Of a stretch of 64,000 bases of DNA, positions 24,985 to 38,093 are shown one piece after another. The notes beneath the pieces are model-generated. The model saw only the letters and a list, made by a program, of their open reading frames with translations, did no database searches and was not told where the DNA came from. Position 1 is the stretch's first letter. The number at the start of each line of letters is the position of its first letter. This DNA comes from Ptychomitrium polyphyllum (Eukaryota): the NCBI GenBank assembly GCA_973851085.1, contig OZ316776.1:8618001-8682000 (forward strand), in the 5' to 3' direction. A program made the translations under genes and the position numbers.

Positions 24985-26785
24985 CTAATCAAGATATTGG
25001 TCACGCAGAGCATGTAGAGTTGGGACGTTCACCTTCATAGTGATATCCATATCTGCTCCAGGCTGAGGATCGGTACCGTGAGTGTTAGCAACCCCATGTT
25101 GCCCGTTCTGCATGCTCCTTGCTTTAGCTTCCACGAGCGCACGCATGATGGTTCCCTCTTCCAAGTCTGGGCTGTGATGCCAATAGTTTCCCAAGAATGT
25201 TTTTGCCCCATCAAGGCTAGGAAAATAAGGGGGCTCAAAATAGAATTGCAACAGAGCTTCTGCAGCAGAAATCTCTGTCTGCACGTCGCCCTTGTACTCT
25301 CCACTCCCCATGATTGCTATAACAAGCTGCTGATATGAGAAGTAAAACTGGCGCACCGAAACTTCCACAGCTTGGAAGGACTGAAGGAGATGAATTACTC
25401 CTGAATTTTCCGATGGTGAGTCAATTGCTCTCATTCCATGGGTATGAAATAGCTCCATAATAGCCTCTTGCAGCCGCGGGCCTCCTTTTGGGTCAGCCTC
25501 CACGCCCACTGCTTTTGGCACCAGGTGCCTCAGCTCTTTGCAGGCTCTCGTGACTTCCCGCAACATTGTGGATCGTAAACAATATGCACCTGCCAGAACC
25601 AACAACAGAACGCGGATTAGGTCTATGCTTACACAACAATAGCACTCCTATAGAAGTCAAATTACACCCAGTTTGAGGAAACCAAACAATTATATGAACA
25701 GGCTTCAGACTAACCTCCTCCGATGTGCTCAAATCCGTGATCAACTCCTACTTGAGCTTTGGTATTGATGGCAAGCTCATGTTTCAGCCGCATGAAGTCA
25801 TCAGGGTCCATCACTTGAAGAAGATCCATAGTAGCCAGCAAAACTTTCCAAACCCGCTCTAAAACCCAGCACTTCTTTGCAGCCCCTTCCGGATCACCGG
25901 CCTTCACTCGCTCCTCAACTGCTTGCAGCAGGCCATGTGCAACCATCAGCCATGCTTCGAAGGTCTGATGTGCAGTTGACAGAGTATGGTCTTCGGGATG
26001 CCCTGGTGCCGCTTGCCGGCATGCATGAACCTGCACCGCAGAAAATCATTAACATTCCTGAATCGCATACCCAGAGCTAGAACATTGCGATGAGATTCAG
26101 TACATACCTGTGAGGGAGTGCAGATCCTGTCATATTCTAAAAGTGGCTTTCCAGCAAGGTTAAGTTCTCCAAGACCGAGAGTGAAGGGCGCACGCAGCAT
26201 GTGGCCTTCAATGGCGAACAACAACCTCGACCTAAGGTTCTGGGCACCCTTCCAAGTCGGCAATTTAGAGAGAAGACTCTCCTGACTAGTGCGGCTCATA
26301 AATGGTCGTGATTCCGCCCTCTGCCAAGCCGGTGGCATGGAGCCTGCCGCTGTAGTAGGAGCCCTCTTGTCACCTTCAACAAGGTGGGAGACGAGCTCGA
26401 CCTCCATGTTGGCCAACGACTCCAGCTTCCGAAGCCATTCGTCTCGAGCAATGTAAGGCCGAGAGTCTTGTAAGATGATGGACAGCATGCGGAACACCAT
26501 CTCCAACGCATGGAGGGCCGGCTTGACAATTCCCTCGTTGGCCCAAGTCGGGCACACGGAGGTTCGCCATAGCCGGGTCAGTTCAGGAAGGTGAAGGTAA
26601 AGCTCGTAGGCTTCCACTTCGTCTGGCGATGGCTGCACCAAGGCCTCGATATCGCAGTTGGCGAGGGATACTTCGATAGGAGTGCCAGGATAGAGCGCGC
26701 AGTGGACACCTCCACAGCTTCGCGCGCTCAGTTTCTGAGGGTCGACTTCCTGGTAGCTAAATTCCATCCCCCCGTGGCTTTCCAT
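24985..26785 (-). CDS. HSPRO: Nematode-resistance Hs1pro-1-like protein (HSPRO), 3 coding exons
   Basis: Exons 26785-26108, 26030-25715, 25589-24985 with GTATGT and GTTAGT donors, CAG acceptors and matching phases. Motifs: YELYLHLPEL..LW, W.NEGIVKPALHALE, PFTLGLGELNLAGKP, CWVLERVWKVL, MDPDDFMRLK, LVPKAVGVEADPKGGPRLQEAIM, YFEPPYFPSLDGAKTFLG. Confidence 0.93.
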
Positions 26786-28335
26786 AGTTGCACAGTACAA
26801 TCCAGCCGACGTAAAAACTAATCCTGGAGACGCTTCCTCAAAAAAGACTGGAGAATTTCGCTACGAATCCGCAACAACACACGCCCGCATCTTCTCTCCT
26901 GTTCCTCCCGTCACGCCGCAGACTTTATTGGCAAAAACTTAGAAGTCAAGAGAGAGGTCCTATATGGCAGATTAGCGCGCGCGATCGTGATCAAATTGCT
27001 ACTTGTAGATCTTCCACAAGAGGTTCTGGAGGAAGAAGATGATGGGCATTCTATGCAACGGGTGTGTCTCTATGCTCCGCAAGCAAATGCTGGAACAAAC
27101 GATTCGAAGAGATTGTTGAAGCTGGAGAAACATAACTGTGTCCCCGTCTCCTCAATTTCCTCCAGTAATGTGCTTCGTAAGAGAAGGATTTCGTCAAGCG
27201 TAACCACAGGAAATAGTACCTTTCATAACACTATGCTTTGCGTTGGTACAACGTTTGAGCGCGCTGATCTTCTGCTGGGAAAATCTCTACCTTCCATTCT
27301 AACCCATTTTCGCTCACTTGAATGTAAAATAGGGGTTCCAGTCAACAAGCGTCACTTCACCAGATACACGGAGGAACCTCACAGAAACACAAATCTGTCT
27401 TCTACTTGGTCGCTTGATCGACCACTCCTGTGAAGAGAGCAAACCTCAAAAATTAGAGCGAGCTTACAAGCTGACCAGCAACGAATCAGGTGAGAGGCCT
27501 CTCCCTCCTCGAATTAGATTTCTTCACGCTGGAACAATCCAACTTCTCAAAAACAAGAACCCTCACGTGCTCAAACGAGTTACAAACCCTCACAGCGACG
27601 ATGCCAATTTGCGACGCAACTGAAAAATTTGTAAGATATCCTGCATATGTGAACGACCATCCGTGAGCAGCCAAGCAAATCCTACATGAAGGACCGTCCG
27701 TACAATAACCACTAATGTAAAACAAATTCCAATCAACACAAAGCAACAAGATGCATATCAGACACTCTTGAAAGAAAACCGCAATAGAGTCCAGACATTA
27801 ATCACCTACAGCAAGCTTGTCACAAAGAGTTTCAAAAACAAGAGATACTGCACAGAGAATGGCTAAATCCAACCCTCTCAAACCCCGTAAGCTTCTCTAA
27901 TTCTCGCCATAACTGACCGCGCTTCAGAATTTACTGTTCCGACTTACGCCAAACAGATCATACCCACACAACACCAAAGAAGAAAGAAAAAACGAAGCAA
28001 ACCATCATAAACAAAAACCCCGATTCATCGATCGATCAAAACTTCGATTCAACACCGCATAATCACGTATAATAGCAACATGCAATTACTGAAGTGTCCA
28101 CAACAACCAAACCACATCATCATCAACATGTCCCAACTAAACACCAAACCTCACCAAGGGCAACTATACAGTTGAACACATGACACCACACCGCACCATA
28201 CCTTACCTCACCTCACCACAAGCGCCAATAACTTGAAAGGGCTCAACACCACAACAACTCAACCCCTCAGGCCACTGTTCTCCAACCAACTATGCAACGA
28301 ACAGCAATCCTCACCACAGATAAATACAATCCGCA

Positions 28336-28705
28336 CCTTGTCCAAAAACTAGACTAGAAAAAGCTGTTCAACACTCGATCGAACCTAATAGCACTCAGAC
28401 TCCAATAGCAACAAACACCAACCCTCATCGCACACCTGAAATCCCTCCGAAAACCTCACCATGCCCACAAACTAAACTGGAAAAGACTGTTCACGACTAG
28501 ATCGAACCTGACAGAGTGACTGCAACACCATGCAACGAACACCAATTCGTATCACACACACCTGAAATCCCTGCCAAAACGTCACTTTGACAAGACTCTC
28601 AACTCAGAACTCAAAAGTGCTTAAACCACTCCGAAAGCCGACCTTGTTCAAAAACCAGATTGGCAAAAGGCAACAGTTAGTTTCGAACCTAACAGTTCAG
28701 ACTAG
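28336..28705. repeat. Diverged ~122-bp tandem repeat (2 full units plus a partial third)
   Basis: Recurring blocks acc.tg.cca.aaacta.act.gaaaa..ctgttca, gatcgaacct.a.ag and cacacctgaaatccct.c.aaaac at about 28336 and 28458, and partially at about 28641. Confidence 0.8.
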
Positions 28706-29148
28706 CCTACTATTTGACCTGATGTGGTCTTGATTTCAAGTTTAAGTTTCACCTCCTCGTCGTCGTCGTCGCTCCGCCAAGAAACTTAACCATGCAGCCC
28801 ACTTCGAGACAATGCTATACTATACCAGGAGACAACTGAATGATCCCGGGCCGACAAGTGACAACGTGGACACACTACTCTACGACACCCAAAGGCCTGG
28901 TCTTTGATTCCACGGCTGCAGAGGCAAAGCTGGGGCCTTTGGTTTGGCAGCGGCAGTGGTAGTGATAGTGATGGTGGTGATGGCCAAATGGGGAGCCGTG
29001 GCGAGGAACGGACAAAACAAAACGGCATGGAGGAGCGCACGCTGGGGCACTAGGAGGCACTGCACTGTAGGCGTGGATTGGGGCCAATTGACGGGCCCCG
29101 GGGGGGACGGGGACGGTGGAGGCAAAGGGGATGGCAGGCGCACTAGAG

Positions 29149-29214
29149 CGGATGACGGATGACGGATGACGGATGACGGATGACGGATGACGGATGACGG
29201 ATGACGGATGACGG
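29149..29214. repeat. Perfect heptamer microsatellite (CGGATGA) x9
   Basis: Directly visible. Confidence 0.97.
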
Positions 29215-32200
29215 TGGAGTGCAGGCAACGGATTTGCCAATGATGCACATGGCAGACAGTCAAACGGGTGTGCCGAGTCTCGGATATGGCAATTGCGTAT
29301 TTGGAGTGGCTGGGGCGCTCCAGATAGCGACTCCTGGACATATTCCCCAACTGTAAGTAACTATTTTATTCCATTCCCTGGGGATATTTTTTAATTTTAG
29401 GTGCAACAGTGACTCGGTGACAAGAATGGTATTGTGGGGGTCAGTGAGTAGTCAGTTTCGAGTCAGTTTGGTTGCTATTTTTTGCGGCTTGTCGTATGTG
29501 GAGGAGTAATCAACTAATGACTTGGAATTGTCAAATTTACCGTTCTTGTGGGTCTACCGGTAGTGAAGTCTGGAGAATGAAGAACTTCGGTCTTGAAAGA
29601 CAGGTGCCCATGAAGGCTCGTAGGCATGATTTGTGGAGCAAGAAACTAGAGTTATTCGTTAAGTCCACCTACAGAGAAAGTTTTAAATAACATTCTAAAA
29701 TTTAGTTTTGTCATAAAATGAGTTAACATGTGTTTTAGAGTGTATTTTGATGAACTAATGAGGACTATTTGTTATGTTGGGATATAATTGGGGACCTAAA
29801 ACTTTGAACCTTCCCAAAACTAGTCAAGAATAATTTTTATAATATCTTTTTGAATAATTTTTGCTACTCTTAATATAAGGTTTTTACAGTATAGTATGTT
29901 GTGTATTCTTTGCCATCACAAAAAAAACCATGTCAAGTACTTATATGCCAAATTTGAAAAACAGGAAATCAATGTAATACATACAAAAAAAATTCAACAA
30001 ATTGAAGTTCAAAAAATTCTTAATACAGTTGTAATATTTCACAAAACTTCATTTTTATAAAAGAGTTTTCAATTCAAAGGATCAACACAAAAAAATTTAC
30101 TTCTTTTTAAAAGAGAAAATAGAAACATAGAGAATAGAATAGATTTTTAATTTTTGCCTCACAAAATGTTGCAAAGGATGCTCAATTCTTTAAATTGCAT
30201 GTGACAAAGTCACAAAACTTTATTCTTTTTGAAATAAATTAATTGCAATCGAATTTTTTTTGGCAATTTCAAACATCATGAATCATTTTTGTACCAACTC
30301 TTAAAAGAAGCACATGGCCAAATTATAATTTTTAAGTTGCCTAAACAAAGTCATCATTTAGATTGAATTTATGATTATTTAATAAAAAAATTGCACAAGA
30401 TTTGTATTTAAAGAATAAAAAAAGCATTTGTAGTTAATTTTTGATAAAATAGTCTTTATTTTATATTGTATAATTATTTTTTTGAAATTTTTTAATTTAA
30501 AAAAAATTAATTAAAGTTTTGCAATAGATATAGATGAATAAATAAATATTTTCAATAAACCTAAAATCAAATCAAATGTTAATTTATATATAAGATTGTA
30601 GGTTAATTTTTTGGGAAGCTTATTTATTTTTTTAAACCATCTTAAAGTCATTCTTCTTTCATTCATTAAGATACCATTAATAACTTAATATTGGCAAAAC
30701 AATCTCAACAATTGCTTTTGGCCTTCAATTAAATATTGGTTTGATACTATCTTCTTTTTTAATGAAAAAATGAAGTTTTATCACTTCTTAGATTCATTAG
30801 GCCTCAACTCAGCATGTAAATTGGCCCTTAAATTGTCAATGAACAATTTTATGTATTTTATAAGACAATATTAAATCGAATAACTCAAAGATTATAGACT
30901 AAATTCATTACATACTTTATTTGGATTAATAGTGAGAATGCATAGATAATGTGGTTTAGGATTCTAAAGTATTTGGATCATTATCTTGGCATGGTTGCTA
31001 CATTTGATTAAGCCCAAAAATTACACAATTTAAAGCGTAAGGGAGTCTTTGAGGAGAAGTGTTTTCTATGGTGGTATCTTCTATTTTAGAAAAAACTTGT
31101 ATTTGTGTGTTATCTTAAAGCACTAGTTCACCATGAGTGCATTATAACTTTTTCTTAAAATACCACATACAAGATCATAACTAATTTTTTTTAGGCACAA
31201 TTTCCAAAGCGAACCAACTAATGTCATGTCGAAAAGTAGGTGGTGACTTAAAATATTATCACAAACAAAACTCATAGTACATACAACAATTTGAGATCAA
31301 GCTTTATAATAATATTGAGTTTTAAAGAACTTTTTGCTTTGGAAATGAGTAGCAATTTCAATAAAATATTTTTCCATCATAAAATAACACTGTGCATTAT
31401 TTTCCAAACATGATGCTGGGAATAGCTGGTGGTTTACTGATGGTACGAATCCCAAAGGTTGATCTGCGTCCCCAATGCTGCAATTTCATGGATGCCATTC
31501 TAGAAACAACCAATGGATAAGGCGCACATACCACAATTTGGAATTCCAGAGTCCTGTACTGTATTCTGGCAGTTAATTCCAATGTGGATAAGGCAAGTGG
31601 AGGGTGTACTGGAACTTATCTCTGATTTTGGACTTTCCGCCCCCAAACCTCTGAAGGCAGTTAACAACATGAATGCACTCCCAGATGCTCCCAGATGCAT
31701 GGTGTGAACCTAGAGCCGCCCATCTAAGTGTGCCTCTGAGCTGTTCACCACCGGCATGTGTACAGTCATCATCATGATATGGAGGTGACAAATTGACACG
31801 AGCCAACTCTCGTGCTGAATAGGCTATCCCCATGTTGTGCAACATAAGTTAATTTGCATGTTGAATCCATCCTGCCCTTGATTCTCACAACTAGCATGGT
31901 GATTTGCATTATAACTTATCATATATGGTTGAATGCAATTGCTGCTTGCATTGTATGAACTTTCAAATAAAACACATTTCATGTCATTATGTTACTGTTG
32001 GGGAATGATAATTTGTTATCTCTGATTTATAATTATCAGGCATGGTAGTTGTCATCACATCATGACAATTACTTAAATATTGAGGGGTGTAGTACATTGA
32101 ATGAGACTTCTTCATTATATTAGTTAAAGACTATTTGTTATTTGTTATGTATATTGCTAAAGAGCAAGTGGAGAAATGCACATATTGGATCTAGGATAAT

Positions 32201-33339
32201 GGATATATTGGATTTGGAGTGTGAGTGCAAGCAGGGGCAAGCAAGGCCATGTGAATGCAGATAATAGTAAAGATAATGTGGAATTTGATTGTTTCAAATC
32301 CTAAATGCAATTCAATCCATGCTCAAATTTGTATATTGAACAGAAATGAGAAAAGAAGATTCCTTCTTTCATTCTCTATACTATTCATTTGTGGCAAGAA
32401 AAATAAAGGCTTTGATTTGCTCCAAATTGAGAATTTGCTTCTATCCATACATATTATACACCATGATTTATTTTTTATTATGAATTTTGAAAGTAATTAG
32501 AGTATGCTAGATATTACAAATAGTGCTTCCAAAATTGGACATAAAATTGCATGACAACTTGGTGAATAGAGTCACTTTGAAAGTATAGAAAGACATACAA
32601 ACTACATGTTGGTTTGTAAATATATGGTAAAATTTGCTTATTTTACATTACTAAAGAGTCATAGTACCTAGAATGTTATATAAATTAACCACTTTGGGAC
32701 CATCAAGCCATATTATGTTAAAAAAATATACCCTTCCAAATTCATGAATAAATTTAGCATAAGATTTCAAATGCATAGGTTTAAATAACTTATCATGCAC
32801 AAACACATGGCGTGCATACCGCATTATGTATTTTGAAGTTGATTAATGAAATGCCACAGATGTCAAATATGCCATAAAATGATGAGTGAATTACCTCATA
32901 ATACAATAACACATGATTAAAAATAGATGCTCATTAATCCATCTTCTTGGTATTGATAAATACACCTTATTGCCAAATTATGTTAATATAATTAAGACTT
33001 GTCACTTGCTACAATATAATAAATGGATTGTTTCTAAACCAAATTATACTATCACCTTGGAGTAACTCTAACTACATTTCAATTTATATTCTTTTGTTAA
33101 TCCTTTTTATATTAAAATAAAACAAAATCATCACTTGTACTCAAAATTGGCTTTAGCCCTTGCCTAGTGTTTCACTCAACCATCCAATCATACTGTTATG
33201 CTACTTATTGCATTCATTTTATATACACTATCTTCCTATGCCCCTTTTTTGTTGCCTTATACCAAATCTACAATAAATTTATATTTACAAGCTTTTTAAC
33301 AAGTTTTTAAGACTTTCCTACCATGTAAACAACTAATTT

Positions 33340-34227
33340 TTAATATCTAATATCTTTGAATATTCTTCAATGTGAAGGGTTTGGAGTAATTATTTTAAGA
33401 TTCTAATGTGAGCCATAGTATTAGATAGTGGAGATTGCAAAATCTTGGGATTCAAAAATTGGACCAATCTCTCTTCTCTGGTCCTATTGTCATGCCAATG
33501 GATTGACTCTACACTGGAGTTCAACCTTGAATGGTAGGCCTCATCCAGTGAGAGTCAAAGGTCTGATCCTTTGTGTCACCAAAACATGACAAAATGAAAA
33601 ATAATATAAATCCATGAAAATCTGTTGAATAAAGTCTACGTGTGATGTCTAGCAATTTTTACTATCATTTACTACGAATATCAAAATCATTATCATTTAT
33701 TAATATAAATAGATTGGACACACTTTTTCGTTTTTATGCACCATTACCCAACACCTTGTCAACCCGTTCATCAAAATCGCAGCTTCATACTTGTTCAGGC
33801 TTAGTCACAGGGTGTCAAATTGTCATACTACATTAGCATACTGTAGTTCTAACATGCAAGGGAATTCTCTGTTCAAAACCACCCTGTAGGAGTCTACTGC
33901 AAAACTTCTTCTTGCAACAAGTAAATGTGTTGAACAGGATAGAAGAAATGCTCCCTGGTAAGAATGACAACAAAAATACAAGAAACATAATGTTTGACTT
34001 CTCACCTTTGTAACAATCTTCAGTATTCCCACTAACCACACTCTAGGGAAAAGAATCATTTTAATGTTCAAAGATATCATTTCATTAGTAGATTTTGTTT
34101 TATTAAAGACTGAAAGAGTTTATATATTAAATTGGACTAATATCTTCATTCACTCATTGCTACATGTAGTCACTATCATTTATTGTTGGTTTTCCATTTT
34201 TCAAGGTTAGGTTGAATAACTTCAACT

Positions 34228-34265
<38 letters not shown>

Positions 34266-35300
34266 AAAAGGTAGTATGTTGTAATGATTTTGTATTTTTA
34301 TTTCAAGAAGATGTCAAAATTAGCTAGTCATTTCTTTCTAATGGACATGAAATTGGATTTGGCATTCAAATGGTATGTTTTGTAACAAGGTGTTACTCAA
34401 ACTTTGATTATGTAATTATTATTATTTTAAGAAAGGGCCTTCGAAAGAAGACAAATTTACCTACAAGTACACTTAAGATTTCTAAAAATTTGAATTTCCC
34501 AATTTAAGCATATGATGATTAGCAGGAAGTTCACCAGCAAATCCAAAATAGCTGTCTTATTAAGTTTACCAGCTGATCTGAAGCTTCGAAATGGTGGTCT
34601 ACTGGTAAATAAAACTTTGATAATGGCAGTTGACAGCCATACAAGTGATACTGCAGACCCTAGTTTTTAACATGCAATATCTCTTGGAGTGGGACCAAGG
34701 GAGCAGCATGATTTGTGTGCGGCGTGTGAAGTCAAACAACATGATCACAAGAAAACCAGCACTAGTGGCTGCATGCATCCAGCGTATCCTAAATCTATCT
34801 TCGTCAATGGCGTACACTCTCAATGAACGTTTCTTCTGTCATCCTCTCTGGAAACAATTGCAATATATTGCAGAAGTGGTGCTCAGCTTCCAGACTTCTG
34901 TGTGCATGCACATTGGTGTTTGTGTAATAAGCCAGAAGATAGGCTAACATGATTGCATTGGAGAAAAGCATGAAGTACCATTATTCGGTACTATTGTCTT
35001 TCATTGTCAAGGCATGAGTACTGATTGAATGTGCAAAACACAGCATTCTTTATAAGCCTCTAACTGCCCTCTTTCAAACCATGCTCTGAGATTTTACAAA
35101 TGAAACAACAATTTCCAAGTATCATCAAGAAAAGCAAACAGGAGAGACGACTATTATCATCCAATTGCAGCAAGATGTTTTGGAAACCTTTCCAGTTGGC
35201 TTCAATCTTTGATGAGATCTACAAAAGCTATCCAAACTCTGTTTGCGGATCTCATCCAATGCCCATGTTGTGCAATATGAGAATATCCCAGCTGGTTGGA
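33340..35300 (+). pseudogene. Probable highly decayed leucine-rich-repeat (NLR-like LRR) gene remnant
   Basis: LRR-like fragments in shifting frames with many stops: SLNILQCEG, NWTNLSSLVLLSC, LPNTLST, LSSSLETIAIYC..LPDF, FPSIIKKSKQERRLLSSNCSKM / LETFPVGFNL**DLQKLSKLCLR. No NB-ARC or TIR domain clearly recognised. Confidence 0.4.
34231..34263. repeat. (TA)n microsatellite
   Basis: Directly visible run of TA. Confidence 0.95.
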
Positions 35301-36491
35301 GACCGCCATGACTAGTCCTACCAAGCATATGAAAAGGACTTTTAGCACACAGGAGATTAGTTCTAACATCTGAGCTTACCTCCAAAAATCCTCCAACTGT
35401 AATTCCGATCGTGATCCTCAACCGACTCTTTATGCAGCCACTGAGCATATAACAAGTACCAGAGTGGAACATGCTCAAGATAATTGCGTTTTGGGATTAC
35501 CTTCAAGGGTGGAAGCGGCGGCCAGAGAGCCAACTTCCAGCGCAAATGCGGTGCAGGTCCTCCCCGTTACTCGGAGATCGGGGGAGACCACCTCTACTCT
35601 GGCACGAGAAACTTCTGGAGTGTCCGATATGGTAACGACTTGTCACTTGTCGCTAGAATGGATCAAATCATGCAACTAGACAGAAAAGTCACATCCAGAG
35701 TCACATTCTACGATCAGATTTGCACCATGCCTTTCAGCGCAGTATCAGCCATTGCAACAGAAAATTTGCTCGCAACAATTTTTCCTCCCTACTAAAAACT
35801 CCAAATTCAAATTATGAGAGTCATGTACAGGAGTCTGTCCGTGCAAGTCTATGTCGCAGAGCACTAATCTAACTATCGAAGCACAACAGCATTAATTACT
35901 GCTATCAGCTATCTGCATTTGAACTAGGACTAAATAGAATATTGTAATTCTAATGTGTAAGTATACATAATAGCAACTTGACGAAGGCTCTAAAAAGAAC
36001 AGAAGAATAGATCTGAACTTGCTAAATGTTCAAATTTTCAGTACCTGTAAGATAGCCTACTTAGAAGTACCTGTACAATGTCACTACAACACTACGCTAG
36101 CACTGATGTAGATAGCTACAACTCAGCAGATAAGCTGCACAAGTCCAGACTCGACCAAGACTTGCAAGAAAGGTTCAAGGTATAGTAGATTTCACCTCGC
36201 CGCCATCAAGACGAGTTGTCAACTGATTGCGATGGCTTTCTAAGTTATGACAGGCCGAGATGCATGGGCGTCCATGAGCATGCTTCTGACAAGCTCAAAG
36301 TAACTATCCGTACAGACAAAGAAAGCCTCCACAATTGCCTTGCACGACACTTACGGAATTACTAGAGTGAGTCACGTTTCGGAGGGCAAGATGATACAAC
36401 ACCAGGACGCCTCCAAAACATAAATATTAAGAGCTGCAAATCCACTCGAAATCTTTCAGTGGCAAGAAATGTTTATACCTTGACTTCGATT

Positions 36492-38093
36492 CTAGAACCG
36501 AGATATGTCACGACCAAAGAGAAAAGTAGTGCCCCAGTTAAACGCCACATAGAGACGAGCACGCCAGCTGATACTGCGAGACAAGTAAGCAGAGCGCCAG
36601 ACGAGCCAGCTCTTGAATCCTGTCATAGAGAACCCGGACGCCTCCGGGCTGCCTCGCAAGTCCACCAGAGCCTTGTGCCTGCCCACACTCGCCATGCTGC
36701 CCAGATGCTTGTAAACGAAAGGGTCCACTGCTGGCGGATTTCCACTTCCCGCCCGGCCATGACCCGACTTCCCCAGCTTGTTCAGCGACAAGGCCAAATA
36801 CTTCCCTTCTCTCTCTGCCACTTGCGCCAGAGCAGGCAAGGGTGACTTGTTAAGGCTGTCCATGTACCCAGAGCAATCACCGATGGCATAAATATCCTCG
36901 TGATTTGGTACTCGGAGATGGTTGTCAACGGCGACTCTCCCACCTTTGTTTTTCTCAAAGTGCTCAAGCTTTTTCATGAATGCAGATGGTCCTACCCCTG
37001 TCGACCAAACCAACATCCCATAAGGCACCTCGCTTCCATCTGATAGAATCAGTTTTTCTGGAAGGACGTGCTTCACCATGCCCCGCACCAATTTCACTCC
37101 ACTCTTGGTCAGCTGATTGGTGGCGTATTCCCGGAGCTGCACATCAAATGCTGACAGGATGTCGGCAGCTTCAATTAAGGTTACATGAATGAGATCCTGC
37201 ACGTGGGAAAATTTGCGGTGGACATCGCGGATGATGAAGTCACTAAGCTCGCCGCTGAATTCCACTCCTGTAGGACCACCTCCCACCACCACGCAGTGCA
37301 GCAATCGCTTTTTCTCCTCTAGGGTTTTCCCAGGAATTTCACACAGTGCAACGTTCAGCATCAATTTGGAGCGGATATCCATTGCATTTTTCACATCCCG
37401 AAGAAAGATGGCATGCTCGTGGACGCCATCAATTCCAAATGTTGTGGCCTCTGCACCTGTTGCGATGACCAACTTGTCATAAGCAACCCGAAATTTGTCT
37501 CCTCCAGTAGTACCAGTATGCTCATCAAGAACTGATTCGCAATGCACTTCGCGGTTGGTAGTGTTGATATCTGTACATCGAGCGAGGAAGTAATAGGAGT
37601 CAGGACTCCTCGCGAGCGCTGGCTGAATTGTCCTCACCGGCTCTGCTACGGAACGAAACTCCAGAGTTCCGACACAAGTTGAAGCTAACAAGGGGGTGAA
37701 CACCATATGATTGCGAGGAGAGATGCAAACTACGTCGTAGGTGCGAGTGTTCAGATCCTTCAGCAACCGGCAAGCTGCCCATCCGGATCCCAATACAACA
37801 ACGCGGGGCTTCTGGTCTTTCTTTGTCGCTGGCAGACCAACGTAATCACTTGCCGGCGTTACTGAAGTATCGCTCTCGGTTTCTTTCTCATTCACCCTTT
37901 CTGCTGCGGTGCTCAATCCAGCCCCCGACGGTTGGAAGATGTGTTGAGTGGAGAGAAGCGGGGAACAGAACCCCCCCACAGTACATTTGAAACTGGATTG
38001 ATGAACAGCTCGAGTGGGTGATAGGAGAGTTCTTTGAGCACTCGATGTTCGAGATGCTACACATAAAACTTTGAAAAGCCCCCTCCCCTTCAT
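36492..38093 (-). CDS. NDA: Internal alternative (type II) NADH:ubiquinone oxidoreductase, NDA type, 533 aa, single coding exon
   Basis: Ser/Arg-rich mitochondrial-like presequence; [97 protein letters not shown]. No EF-hand insertion (which would indicate NDB). Confidence 0.95.
   Translation of the reverse strand: MKGRGLFKVLCVASRTSSAQRTLLSPTRAVHQSSFKCTVGGFCSPLLSTQHIFQPSGAGLSTAAERVNEKETESDTSVTPASDYVGLPATKKDQKPRVVVLGSGWAACRLLKDLNTRTYDVVCISPRNHMVFTPLLASTCVGTLEFRSVAEPVRTIQPALARSPDSYYFLARCTDINTTNREVHCESVLDEHTGTTGGDKFRVAYDKLVIATGAEATTFGIDGVHEHAIFLRDVKNAMDIRSKLMLNVALCEIPGKTLEEKKRLLHCVVVGGGPTGVEFSGELSDFIIRDVHRKFSHVQDLIHVTLIEAADILSAFDVQLREYATNQLTKSGVKLVRGMVKHVLPEKLILSDGSEVPYGMLVWSTGVGPSAFMKKLEHFEKNKGGRVAVDNHLRVPNHEDIYAIGDCSGYMDSLNKSPLPALAQVAEREGKYLALSLNKLGKSGHGRAGSGNPPAVDPFVYKHLGSMASVGRHKALVDLRGSPEASGFSMTGFKSWLVWRSAYLSRSISWRARLYVAFNWGTTFLFGRDISRF

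Noticed and set aside
25371..25395. Partial complementarity of HSPRO mRNA to miR319 (ggactgaagg)
   Set aside because: Only about 10 contiguous matches, with mismatches at both ends; too poor for a plant target site.
28875..29350. ORFs with RHPSSVI repeats
   Set aside because: Translation of the CGGATGA heptamer repeat.
31513..31707. SDFGLS kinase-like motif in a short ORF
   Set aside because: No HRD or other kinase subdomains at the expected spacing.
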